64,000 bases of DNA, taken from positions 248,001-312,000 of the forward strand of contig JABVCE010000030.1 in assembly GCA_014905635.1 (NCBI GenBank). The letters run 5' to 3'. Within the stretch, counting starts at the first letter, position 1. Every line of letters begins with the position of its first letter. Positions 24,201-36,100 of this stretch are shown here, one piece after another. The position numbers and the translations under genes are program-made. Source of the stretch: Scenedesmus sp. PABB004. Its lineage: Eukaryota. The notes beneath the pieces are model-generated. The model was not told the origin of the DNA and searched no databases. It saw only the letters and a program-made list of their open reading frames with translations.

Positions 24201-27139
24201 CGTGCTGCGCGCTGCGCGCCGCGTGCTGCGCCGCACGGCGCTGGTGGTCGGCCGCGCCGCAGAGCCCGCTGCGGCCGCCGCCGCGGCGACACGCGCCCGC
24301 CGCGGGCGCGGCCGGCCGCCGCGCAGATCGGGTACCGCGACGAGAGCTGCCGCGAGGGCGAGACCAAGTGGTGGAGCGAGAACAGGCGCGCGCGCGCGCA
24401 GCACAGCGCGCTCGTCCTCGGCCGCCAGCGCGCTGCGCCCCCGCGCTGACACGCCGTACTTACGCGCCGCGTCCGCGCAGCGTGAGCGAGGACTTTGACA
24501 TGTACATCCGCCTCGCCAACATCGGGGCCTTTGGCCGTTACGTCATGTACACCGGTGCGCCGCCAGCCAGCACCGCACACGCAGCCGGCAGCTTGTGTGT
24601 GTGCAGCCCGCGCCGCGCCGCGCCGCGCCGCGCCGCGCCGCGCACAGACACACAGGCCACGGGCGCCGGCGCCGGCCGGGCGCGCGTGCGGCGCGCGGCG
24701 CGCGGCGCGGCGAGACGCCGCCGCGGCCCGCCGGCGCGCGCAGGGGACGAGTTCCAGGAGGGCGTGAGCCTCACCTACATGGACGAGGTCATCAAGGCAC
24801 GGCGCGGCAGCGCAGCGCGCGCAGCGCACCTCCAGCTGCGCCGCGCCGCGCCCTGGGACGTGCGCGCGCGCCGCGCCGCGCGGCGGCCGACCTGCTGCGC
24901 CGCCCTCCCCGCCGCCGCCCTCGCTGCCCCTGCAGATGAAGAAGTTTGCCTATGGTGCGCCCGGCACGCCCCGCGCTGCACGCTGCGCGCGCCGCGCGCT
25001 CGCCCCGCGTGGCGGTCCCCACCCTCCTCCCTCGCGCGCCCCTCCCCTCCCTGCTCCCTCGCGCTCCTAAACCCCCCTACACACACGCCCTACACACCCC
25101 GCTGCAGGCGCGTGCGAGATGATCTTCAACCCCTTCCGCCTCTGGCCGCTGCGGGGGCCCTTCAACCGCGGATTCACCACCTACCTGCGCAACGCCAACA
25201 TCGCGTGGTGCGGCGCGAGCAGCCGCGCCGCCGCGCCGCGCGGCAGCACCCGCCGCCGCGGCGCTGCAGCGCGCGCAGCGCGCAGCACGCCGTCGCGCAG
25301 CGCAGCACGCCCAGAGGCTCTTGCGCCGCCGCGCCGCGCCGCCGCCGCCCCCCGCAGGTACCAGAAGGCCTCCATGGTGCGCGCCGGGGGGCGCGGGGCG
25401 CCCGCCGCGGCAGGGCGCGGTGCCGCGCGCCACGGCTGCTCACGCGCCGCCGCCAATGCCGCGCTGCCCCCTCCCCCCACACACGCGCAGCTCATCTACC
25501 TCAGCTCCTACCTGGTGCGCCTGCGGCGCAGCGGCAGCGGCCCCCCTCGCGCCGCGCCCGCGCCGCCGCGCACCGCCGCGCCTCGGCGCCACCCGCGCGC
25601 CGCCGCCACACGGCTTGTCACCCACCCACCCCCGCGCCGCCGCTGCCGCCTGGCGCTTCACCTCTCTGTGCAGGCAATGGGCGCTGCGTTCTTCTACGTC
25701 ATGTTTGAGGGCATCATGAGCGTGATCGACCCCAAGGCACGCGCGGGGGACGTGGGAGGCGTGCGGGCGCGTGCGGGGACGCGTCGCGCGCGGCAGCAGC
25801 CTGCTGTGCCGCGCCGCGTGGCGCGCCGGGGCGCGGGCCGCGGGCGCCCTGACCTCCGCCGCGTGCGCAACCTCTCTTTCTGCCCCCCCCCCCCTTGCCC
25901 CCCCCCTGCCTTGTCCCTCTCAGTTCCACGACTACTTCCTCACGCGCTCCTTTGACGTCATGCTCACCTGCACCGTCGTGTTCGGCGGCCTCGGTGCGCG
26001 CGCCGCGCGCCGCGCGGCCCGAGCGTGCGCGCGCGATGCGGGCCAGCTCCAGCTCCCTGACCCCGCCGCCGCCGCGCGCCGCTGCATGCCCCCGCCCGCC
26101 CGCCCTAAACCTGACGCCCGCCCTAAACCTGACGCCCGCCCTAAATCCTGGGCAGGCACGTTCTGCGGCGGCATCTTCTACCAGTGGCGCCGCGCGGGCG
26201 CCAACCGCAAGGCCAACATCTTCCGCATCTTCTGGGACCAGGCGCGGCACCGGCGCACCGCCCCCGGGGCACCGCAGCACTGCGACCCTCCAGCAACGCC
26301 ACGCCCCGGGCGGGGCGGGCGCAGCGCGCCGCCCGCGGCCGCAGCCACGCCGCGCGCGCGGCCTGCCGGCTGAGCTGCCGCCGCGCGCTGCGCGCGCTGT
26401 GCGCTCGCAGGTCAAGTTTGTGCCCACCACGGTCCTGTTCTTCAACAGCGTGCTCTTCCCCATCACCGAGGTGCGCGCGTAGTGCTGCTGTTGTTGTTGG
26501 CGCGGGCGGCGCCGCGCGCTGCGTGCGCCGCGCGCGCGCCTGGCCGCCGCCCACGCGCCGCGCCGCCTCGTACGCGTGCGGGCACCTGCGCGCGCCGCCG
26601 CCAGGTGTGCTTCACCTACTTCTTTGGGCTCAAGGCACGGCCCTGGGGGCAAGGGGGGAACAGGGGGAGCGCGGCGCGTCGCGCCAGCCAGCCGCCGCAC
26701 CCAGCTGCGCCCGCAGCTGCGCGGCGCGAGGCTCAGCCCGCGCCCCCGCCGCGCGCGGCGCCGCCGCGGCGGCGCAGGTGGTGTGGGGCGCGACCGCCAA
26801 GGAGACGACGCGCAAGTCGTGCTGGGAGGCGCTGCGCGAGACGGTGGTGGGGTACAAGTGGGAGTACCTGCTGCTGGCCACCATCCTCGTGGGCTACAGC
26901 GTCTGCCTCTGGTACTGGCAGATCGGGACCTACCGCGGGTGCGGCAACTTGCGGCGGCCGCGCGGCGGCCAGCCCCGAGGCGGCCCGCCGGCGGCGCCAC
27001 GGCCAGGGTTGACCAACCCAGGGTTGAAACCGCCCGGCCGTGTGCGCGCGCGCGCAGGTGGGCGCTGATGCAGTACACCATCGGCCACCTGCTGGGGCCC
27101 ATCCTGCTCAACCCGCACATCATGGCGCTCGGCTGGTAG
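21133..27139 (+). CDS. Large multi-TM processive GT2 glycosyltransferase resembling a fungal GT2 family, ~25 exons
   Basis: Spliced motifs QIIVQMPVYKEGL, KFIICDDG, RRGVFKKASNLN, ILLIDADTKVPE, CPLVGHNAFLRW, KWWSENSVSEDFD, FQEGVSLTYMDEVIKMKKFAYGACEMIFNP, WGATAKE and GPILLNPHIM. TM segments at both termini. Confidence 0.9.
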
Positions 27140-27979
27140 GCGCGCCTTGGCTGGTGGGGCGGCCTCGGCAGCGGGCAGGCAGCACCTGCAGCAACCTCGC
27201 GGTCGCCAGCGCTGGCCCCGCGAGCTAGCTGCAGCTGCCCGGGAGGCGCGCAGCGCCCGTGGTGGTGTGGGACGGCTGGCCGGGCCGCGGCTGCCGCAGC
27301 CGCCCAGCCAGCGCTGGGCGGGGGCGCGCCGCGCGGCGGCGGGGGTGTTTCAGGGATGCGGGGAGCTTGGCGTTGGTGGGGGTGATCACGCGGGGGTGTG
27401 CATCCTGCTGCCCGGCCTCAGCGGGGGGCACGCTACTGTAGCACTATAGCACAACACGGCTATTGCGGCCGGGCCCTGTCCGCGCAACGGATACGCGCGG
27501 CGCGCCTGTGCGCGCACGCGCGCGGCGGCGCGGGGAGTTGCACTGGCAGTCGAGGCAGCAGCAGGTGGCGCGGGCAGGTGTGCATTGGGGTGCAGGGTGT
27601 GCAGGGGTGTGCAGCGTTTGCGCGCGGGCGCGGGAGAATAAATCATGACAGCGATGGGGATGGGGCGGCTGCTGGACGCACGGGCACACACGCGGCGCCG
27701 TCGGGGGCGAGGCTGTTGCACTCTCTCAGTTGCACGCGCGGCAGCTCCGCGGACTGCTGCAGCCATGAAAATTGGCCCGGCACCCGGTCACGCTGCGCCA
27801 TCCGACTGCCACGACGCGCGCGGAGAGGAGGCTCGCCCAGCGGCGCGCGCGCTCGGCGCACCGCCGTCGCAGGCCGAGCAGCGCGCGCGCCGCCCCCGCC
27901 GGCGTGATCACAGGCGCGCTCCGCGCTCCGCGCGCTGCGCCGCCGTCCGGCCGCGTGGGCCTGCCGCGGGCCTGGCGCC

Positions 27980-30143
27980 TCAATACTCGGCAAAGTTGGA
28001 GTGGCCCGTGTCCTTTGCGTGCGCCACCGCCTCGGCCTCGCCCTTGAGCCCGACCTGGCACACGGCGCAGCGCAGCGTGAAGTTGGCGACGTCGGTGAAC
28101 TGCCGCGCCGCGTGGCACGCCGCGACGAGCGCGTCCGCGCCCGCGCCCGCCGCCGCGGCCTCCGCGCTGCCGACCTGCGCGCTCGAGGCGCCGACGGCCG
28201 GGCAGGCGTGCGGGGCCTCGGCGCGCGCCTGCGCCCGCGCCCCCGCCAGCGGCCGTCGCAGCGCGCGTCGCGCCCCGCCCCGCCCCGGCGCAAGCGCCCC
28301 GCCCCGCCCCCGCCCCCGCGCGCGCGCACGGTGAGCACTGTGACGTCGAGCGCCTCCGGCGCGCCCTCGAACGCGGCGACCGCGAGCGCGTCGTAGTGCA
28401 GGCCATCATACAGCAGCATAACGCGCTCCCCGTAGCCAGACGCCTCGCCGTACACGTCCACGCGCTTCGTCTGCGCGCGGCGCGGGTGCGGGGCCGGGCC
28501 GGGCACGGAGCCGCGCGGGGCTGTGGGCGCGCGACGCGGGCCGGGCGGGCAGGGCTGGGCGCCAGGCGCGGGCCACGGCGGCGGCAGCCGGGCAGAGAGG
28601 CACGCGCGTGCCCCCCCCCCCCCGGGCGCTGCGGCTACGCGGGCGCGTGGTGGGCGCGTCCCACCTGGATGTCGTACGCCGCGATCTGCCGCCCGTAGTG
28701 CGCCGCGAGGATGGCCAGCTCGATGCCGCCGCCCCTGCGCCGGCACGCGGCGCGACGCGCTGGGCGCGACGCGCGCTGGCGCCGCGGGCCCCGCCTGCCT
28801 GGTGCTGCTGCGCGCTCAAGGCGGCGCCGCGTCCGCGCAGCCCCGCCCCGCCCCCAGCCAGCGCCGCTGGCCGCGCGCTGCGGCGCACCAGTGCTTGGTG
28901 TTGGTGATCCAGGCGCAGTAGTCTGCGTTCTCCTGGCCCAGGAAGCCCTCGTTGTAGGTCACTGCGCCGCGCCGCGCCGCGCCGCCGCATCGCTCGGCCG
29001 CCGCGGCCGTGCTGGCCACCGGCCGGCCCGCGGCGCGCGCGCCCCCGCGCGCCCGGCGCGGCGCGCGGCGCTGCGTGGCGCGGCGCGCACCCGGGTCGGC
29101 CGCGACGGTGTCGGCGATGACGCGGCGCAGCGCGGCCGCGCGGCCGCGGTCGTGCTCCATCACGTACCCCACCGCTGTGAAGAGGCAGCTGTTGTCACTT
29201 GGGATGACGCGCCGCGTGACCGCGCCGCCGCCGCCGGGCAGCGGCACCGAGGTCGGCGCGGGGCCCCCGCCTGCGCGTTTGCGCGCGGCGCGTGGGCAGG
29301 CGCGCCTGCCGGGGCGCGGCGCGCGGCGCGCGGCGCGGCGCGGCGCGCCTCGCCGCGCGCCGCGCGCGCCTGCGGGGGTCCGCCCATTCGCGGGCGCGGC
29401 CGGGGCGCGCGGCGGCGACGGCGGCGCTGCCGTTGACGGCTGGCTGTCGACCAGGCTGGCGGCGATGGCTGCTGCGAGCTGCGCGTCCTCGTCGTCGGCG
29501 TCCTGCGAGCGCACGCGCCAGCAGCGACGCGGCGTCAGTGGGCGTGCGGCACGGGCGGTGCCGGCGCTGGCGCCCCCGCCCCGCGCGCGCGCCGCGGCGA
29601 CCCTTCCACGCCGCTCACCAAGCCGGCCACGTCCGCCCAGGCGCCGGCGGTCGGGGCCCGGCTGCCGCGCCGCTGCCGTCGGGCGTCGCCGCCGCGGCAG
29701 GGCCTGCTGCTGCCGCTGCTGCGGCTGCTGCCGGCGCCGGCGCGCTCGGCGGCGCCGCCTTTTCCCGCACGGTCAGGCTGTCGCCCGCCGCGATGCCGAG
29801 GCTGGCGAGCGGCGCGGCTGCGTCATCCGCCTGCCGCGCAGCGGCGGCGGTGGCGGCGGCGGCGCTGGCACGCGCGGCGCAGCCGGCGGCGCCCGCGGCG
29901 GCTCGCGCCGGGCAGCGGCGGCGGCGCGCGTCCGCGCGCGCCCGTGCGCCGCCGCTTGCTCGTCGCCAGCCGGCTCACCGCGATGGGGCGCGGCGGGAAT
30001 CCGCCCAGCAGCTCCTGTCGGTCCACCGGCACGCCCAGGCGCTCCGCCACGAGCTGCTGCAGCTCCAACAGCGGCGTCGCCCCGTCCAGGCCGCCCAGCG
30101 TCGCCTGGCCGCTGCCGCCGCGCACGCGCAGGCTCCACGCCAT
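27980..30143 (-). CDS. OTU1: OTU1/YOD1-family deubiquitinase (Ub-like domain, UIM-like helix, OTU domain, C2H2 zinc finger)
   Basis: [10 protein letters not shown]...[11 protein letters not shown], then [14 protein letters not shown], catalytic [46 protein letters not shown] and CAVC...[14 protein letters not shown]. Confidence 0.92.
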
Positions 30144-30977
30144 GCCGGGCAGGGCAGGCGCAGGGGCTGCTGCGCGCCAGGCGCCCGCGGGCGGCGACGG
30201 CGGGGCAGTCGGTTGGGCGCCGCCGCTGTATGCCGCGTGCGCCGCGCAGAGCGAGCAAGGACAGCCGGGCGCAGAGGTGCGAGTGCAGGTGCGGGGATGC
30301 GGCTGCTGGTCGCATGCATGTGGGCGCTGCGCCGGACGCGGGCGCACGAGGGCGCGGCGTTTCAGCAGGCGGCCGCGGGCGGCGGGCGGCCGGCGGCGTG
30401 GCTGGGCCGCTGCCGTGTGGCCGCCATCGCCACTGACGCACCAAAGCCGTCACGGCGCGGCTGCGGGCGCGTCAAGCGGCGGGGTACGCGGCTCGCGTTC
30501 GCGCGGCGGCGAACGTGGTGACCCGGTGGAACCACGTTCGGCGTGTTGATTTGGACAGCTCCGTCCTCTGGGCGCAGCTTAGCCGCCCCGCAGCGGCCGC
30601 CGCTGGCGGCGGGTAGCTGCGCGCACGTCGGCACGGGCAACACGCCAGCGGCAGCGCCTGGGCCGCTGCGCGCGGGCGTGGGCCTCTTTGCGCACCATGA
30701 CGAGCATGCCGAGAAATGTCGCGCGATCTGCGGGCCTGCCATCGCGCCGGGCCGAGCTGCTGACTCGGTCACCCGATTCAGCTGCCCTGGCCCCGCGCGT
30801 GCCGCCGTCCCCGCCACCGCACGCGGCTAGGAGGGAGAATCCCGACGTTTTCCTACCTCTCGAGCGATCAGACAGCGCAAATCCAGCGCCCCACGCGGCA
30901 GCTCGAGCTCCGAGACCGACCCAACCGGCAATTCGCGACCGCCCCTCACGCCCCCCGACCACCCGACGACGACGACG

Positions 30978-32393
30978 ATGAAGACGGCTCTCCTCGTGCT
31001 GGCGCTGCTCGGCTGCGCCGGTGCGCGCCGGGGGAGCCGGGTGACGAGCGCGCGAGTCGGGCAATCGCCGCGCGCCGAATCCGAGCGCCAGCGCCGGGCC
31101 AGAAAAAGCGTGGCGTGTGCGTCACGTCGCGCGTGGAAGCGCTGCGCGAGCCGGAGGGGCTTTTGAGACCTTGCCTGCGGCGCGCGCCGCCAGGCTGCAG
31201 CCCTCGCCGCGAGGCTGGCCGCCGCCAGCCCTCGCCGCAACGCTGGCCGCTGCCCGGTGGCCCTCCCCGCGGCCTCCCCCCCCCCCACACACACACGCCG
31301 CCCTCCCTCTCCGCGCCGTGCCACGCCCGCAGGCCTGCAGGCCGCCGCGCAGGGCGGCTCCAGGGGCAACGCCGGGCCGGGCGCTGCGAGCTACGAACGC
31401 GATGCAAAGATAAGTGACGCACTCTCCGCCGTGCACGGCGCGATCGACAAGGCGGCGGTGGGGGCTGGGCGCAAGTCGACGACGCGCGCGACGACCGTGA
31501 GCGCCATGATGACCAACGCGGCGATCGACCAGAGCGTGACGCACGGCACGATGCAGGTCCGGCGCGCGCGCTGCGCCGCCGGGTCGGCCAGGCGACCGCA
31601 GGGCCGGCCAGCCGGCCGCCGGGCCGGCCAGCTGACTCCAGCGCTCACGCCCGCGCCGCCGCCGCGTCCCCCCGCCAGTCAATGGAGGCGCTGGCCAACG
31701 GCGCGCGGCGCCTCCTGGACGGCCGCTTTGCGCGCGGCATCGACGACCGGCTCAAGGCAACGAGCTACGAGATGTCCTCCTCCATCGGCCGCGCGGTCAC
31801 CGCCGGCACGCCCGGCGCGGCAAAGCTCGCGACGCGCACCGGCCGCGACATGAGCATCGTGGCGACCAACCCCACCACCTAGTACGCGCGCCGCCGCCGA
31901 CGGCGCTCGAGCGCCCTCGCACGCGCGCACGCGCACGCGCGCGCGTCGCGCTGCGCCGGCGCCGGCGCCGGCGCCGATCAGCGCTGGTTGGCGCGCATGG
32001 CAGGGCCGGGCGCGCGCGCGCGCGTGCGCGCGCACCGCGCCCCTGCGCTCGCCCGCGCGCGCCCGCCACGTCGCCCACCGCCCCGCGCGCCCGACCCCGC
32101 CCGCGCTGCGCGCCGCGCCGCGCTGCAGCTTCAACGTTGACCACGTCAAGGACATGCAGATGGGCGGCCGCAAGCTGCGCGGCGCCGCGGCGGCGATGCA
32201 CGCGCCCGGCTATGAGGGTATGTGGGCGCAGCAGAACACGGCCGAGGCGATCGCCGGCATCGGCTCGCACGCGACGCAGCTTGGAAGCCTCAACGCCGGC
32301 GCGGCGAGCGGCAACCTCGGCAACAGCGTGCTCATGGAGCGCATGGGCGACACCATCGCGCACCAGGCCATGGTCGACCGCCACCCGGTCTGA
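30978..32393 (+). CDS. Small secreted protein of unknown function, 4 exons
   Basis: Signal peptide MKTALLVLALLGCA. Exons ~30978-31021, 31333-31556, 31679-31881 and 32129-32393 splice in frame at GT-AG sites (TA|C rescues the apparent TAG at 31880). Confidence 0.75.
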
Positions 32394-32929
32394 TCACCCC
32401 AGGGGCCGGGCCGGCGGGGGAGGAGGAGGGGGGGAGGGGCTCGGTCGATGTGTGAGACTCGTGAGACTGGCAGGGCGACGCAGGAGAGATGATGGCTGGT
32501 TGCCGGGATGTGCCAACAGTGCGGGCACGCCCGCGCGATTGAGCTCCGGCGCACTGAGTTTTGGTCTGAGCGACACACAATGACTGTACAGCACCTCGAC
32601 TGGCACTGCACAGCGCGCCGCCTGGTTTTTGTTTGTTTGATACGGACTGCACTTCACGCGTCGCCGCGTGCGCACGGGCGTCATCCGCGCGCCAACAGTT
32701 TTGAGCCGCCGCCATCATCACGCACGCGCACCCATGCGCTGCCTGCACACACCGACTTGGGCAACAACACTGGAGGGGGTCCTGCTGACTGAGTTGCAGA
32801 GCTGGCCGGCGATGTTGGTTGCCTGCGGATGTTGGCCGCCTGCGGACTGCGGAGCTGCAGTCCGCCGCCGTACGCGTGTCTCGGCCCCCGGCACTCTGCC
32901 CAGGCAACTGCAGCCGGCAATGGCAACAC

Positions 32930-32939
32930 TTACATTACA
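32930..32939 (-). terminator. Tandem TGTAA-TGTAA polyadenylation signal of the sirtuin gene
   Basis: ttacattaca on the + strand, ~50 bp downstream of the sirtuin stop. Confidence 0.7.
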
Positions 32940-32989
32940 AGGCCGCCGCCCCAGCCAGGGGTCGGCCGCGCTGCCGCGCGCAAGCCATC

Positions 32990-33084
32990 TCAGCCGCCGG
33001 CCTCGCCGTTCGCCGCCACGGCCTCCGCAACCGACGCCTCACACGTGACGGCCGGCGCTGGCGCAGCGCCTGCAGCCACGCCCG

Positions 33085-33122
<38 letters not shown>

Positions 33123-36100
33123 GCGCCGACCGCCTCGGCGAGCGCGGCCAGGGACGCACGCAGGCCGTCCACACCGCTCGCTGCTACCCCGGGCAGCCCA
33201 GCGCCGTTGGCAGTCCCGCCGGCAGAGCCGTTGGCAGTGGCCGTGTGCTCGCCACCAGCGGCGGCTGCGTCCGGCGCTGCCCCAGGCCCAGCCGCAGGCG
33301 CGGGCGCGGGCTCGGCGGCCGGCGCCGGCTCTGCCACGGGCTCGGCGGCCGGCGCCGGCTCTGCCGCGGGCTCAGTGGTCGGCGCCGGCTCCGCTGCGGG
33401 CTCGGCCGTCGGAGCCGGCTCTGCCGTGGGCTCGGCCTTTGGCGCCGGCTCTGCCGTGGGCTCGGCCTTTGGCGCCAGCTCTGCCGTGGGCTCGGCCTTT
33501 GGCGCCGGCGCTGCCGTGGGCTCGGCGGCCGGCGCCGGCTCTGCCGCGGGCTCGGCGGCCGGCGCGGTCCCGCCCTGGGCGGCGTTGCCGTTGGCGGCGC
33601 CCCCGCCCGCAGCCGTTGCAGCGGCCTGCAGCTGCAGCAGCTGCTGCTGCTGCTGCACCTGCTGCTGCAGCTTGTGCAGCTGCTGCTCCGCCGCAACGCC
33701 CCGCGCGGTCGCGATGGCCGCTGCGACCGCGGCCGCCATCGCCGCCGCGCCCGACTGCTGCGCGCCGTCGGCGGCCGGCACCGCGCCGTTGCTGAGGCCC
33801 GCTGCGCCGCCGCCAGCGCCGGACGCTGCCGCCAGCGCCGCCGCCAGCGTCGGCGAGGGCGCGGCGCCCGGCGGCCGCACGGCCCCGTGCAGCGCCGCCA
33901 GCAGCGCGGCGCCCGGGGCGGCCTGCGCGCCCGCCGCGACGGCCTGCTGCCCGCCTCCCGGCGCGTGGCCAGGCAGCAGCACCAGCTGGCCATTCACGAC
34001 GGCAGCCTGCAGCCCGCCCGCGCCCGCCAGCTGCGCTGCCAGCGTGTGCTGGTGCTGGGCCGCCAGCGCCTGCTGGGCCGCCAGCATCTGCTGCAGCGCC
34101 GGCTGCGCCTGCTGCGCCTGCTGCGCCTGCTGCTGCAGCAGGTGCTGCTGCGCCGCGGCGGGCAGCGCCAGCGCCGCAGCGGCGGCGCTGGTCGCCTCGA
34201 CCAGCAGCTGCTGGGGCTGCTGCTGCTGCTGGGGCTGCTGGGGCTTGGCGCCGCCGCCGCTGCTCGACGACGCGCGCCCGCGGCGCGGCGGCGCCGCGGC
34301 AGCGGCGGCGGCCTCGGCGGCCTCGGCCGCCGCCGCCTGCAGCAGCGTGCGGCGCCGCTGGATGGCCGCCGCCGCCGCGGCCTCCGCCGCGGCCTTGACG
34401 TGCGCGGGCTCGGGCGCCGTGCCCGCCGTGTCGTGCAGGTGCTGCACGAGGCGAGGCAGCACGTCGTCGCTCGTGCCGCGCACGTCCAGCACCTGGCGCG
34501 GCGGCCGGCCGGGCGCGCGCCGCGTCGCGTCGCGCGCAGGCGGGCGGCAGCCCGGCGGGCGCCCGCGCGTGCCGCGCAGCCCCGGGGCCCCGCACCTTGA
34601 CGTCTTCGCGCTTGGACACGCTGGACAGCACGTTGAAGTACGCCTCATCGCTGGGGTTGACGATCACCTGCACCACCTGCTCCAGCCGGCCCTGGCTCGC
34701 GAGCGTGTGGCGCACCTGGCGCCGCGCGGCGCGGCGCGCCGCGGCGGTGAGACCCCCGGCGCGCCGCCCGCCGCCGCGCCGCGCCGTGCCGCGCGCCGCG
34801 CCGGCCACCTTTCGGAAGTACTCGGTGCTCGCGCTCTGCTCGAAGCTGATGCCGACCCACAGCACCGCGCCCGCGGCCGCGAGGTCGCCCTCGAGCCGCT
34901 CCCACACGTCTTCCGGCGTGATCGCGTCGCCCTGCTCGTCGTCGTACAGCATTACCTGCGGCCGCGGCGCCGACTGCCGTGAGAGGCCTGCCACGGCCGC
35001 AGCAGCGCCCCCCAGCCGCACGCTGCAGCGGCGCCAGCAGCAGCGCCGCGCTGCAGCCGTGCGCCGCAAGCAGTGCCGCCGCAGCGCCGCGCCTTGAATC
35101 GCATCTCGTCCTCGCGGCACGCCTCGCACGGCACGGGTCGGCTCGCGAGCATCGCCGCCATGACGCCGCCGCTCAGCGGCTGCACCGCGTGGCACGAGGG
35201 GCACACGACGTAGCTGCGGCGGCGGCGGCGGCGGCGGCATCGGCGGCGTCAGCGCGCCGGCGCCGCGGCCGCGGGGCGGCCGCGGGGCGCTGCGCGTGAC
35301 GGTGTTGCCGCGCCTGATGTTGCCGTGCATCTCGACGGTCGTGCCCTCGGGGTTGTGCTCGTGGTGCCACGTGTCCATGCCCACCACCTGCACGCGGGGC
35401 GCGGGGCGCTGGCGCGCGAGCCCCCGCCGCCGCCGGCACGCGGTGTGCGCGCGTGCTGCGCTGCGCTGCGCTGCGCGTGGACGCGTGCTGCGCTGCGCGC
35501 TGCGTGCGTGCGCCGCACCGCGGCGAGGCCGTCGATGTTGAGCGTGTAGTGGCGCTGCAGCTTGCCGAGCCGCGCGAGCTGCGCGATCGCGACGTGCCCC
35601 GGCGCCGCACGGCTGCTCTTGGCCTCGCCGTAGATCTGGGCGAAGAACGCCTGCGGCCCGCCGGCGGCGGCGCAGCGGGGTCGCGGCGGCGCGGCCGCGC
35701 GCAAGCAAACGCCGCCGCCGCTGCCGCTGTCGCTGCGCGCCGCCGCACCTGCACGTCCATGCGGCGCTGCTTGTAGAAGGGGTACGAGAAGAGCTTGATG
35801 CCGTCGGTGATCTTGAAGCGCTGCCGCGCGCGCTCGTAGAGGCCGTTCTTGGTGCTGAACATGCTCATGCCTGCGGCGGCCCGGGCGGCGGGCGGCGGCG
35901 CCGCGCTCGGCGGTGCGGCGCGCGCCCGGCGGCAGCGGCGCAGCGCGCGGCGCCCGCAACCGCCGCCGGCCGGCGGCGCGCGGCGCGCCGCCGGCGCGGC
36001 GGGGCCGGTGCGTGGGGCCCGCAGGCCCCCGGGACCACGGATCGGCCCCCCGCTGCGCGCCTGAGTTGGCGGAGAGCCCGCTCCCGCTGAACACCACCAC

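Noticed and set aside
31880..31882. Apparent in-frame TAG suggesting stop-codon reassignment or readthrough
   Set aside because: It is explained by an intron starting at 31882 (TA|GT...AG|C gives TAC).
33307..33565. Regularly spaced 30-bp repeats suggestive of a CRISPR array
   Set aside because: There are no unique spacers. It is an in-frame coding minisatellite in a eukaryotic gene, with no cas genes nearby.
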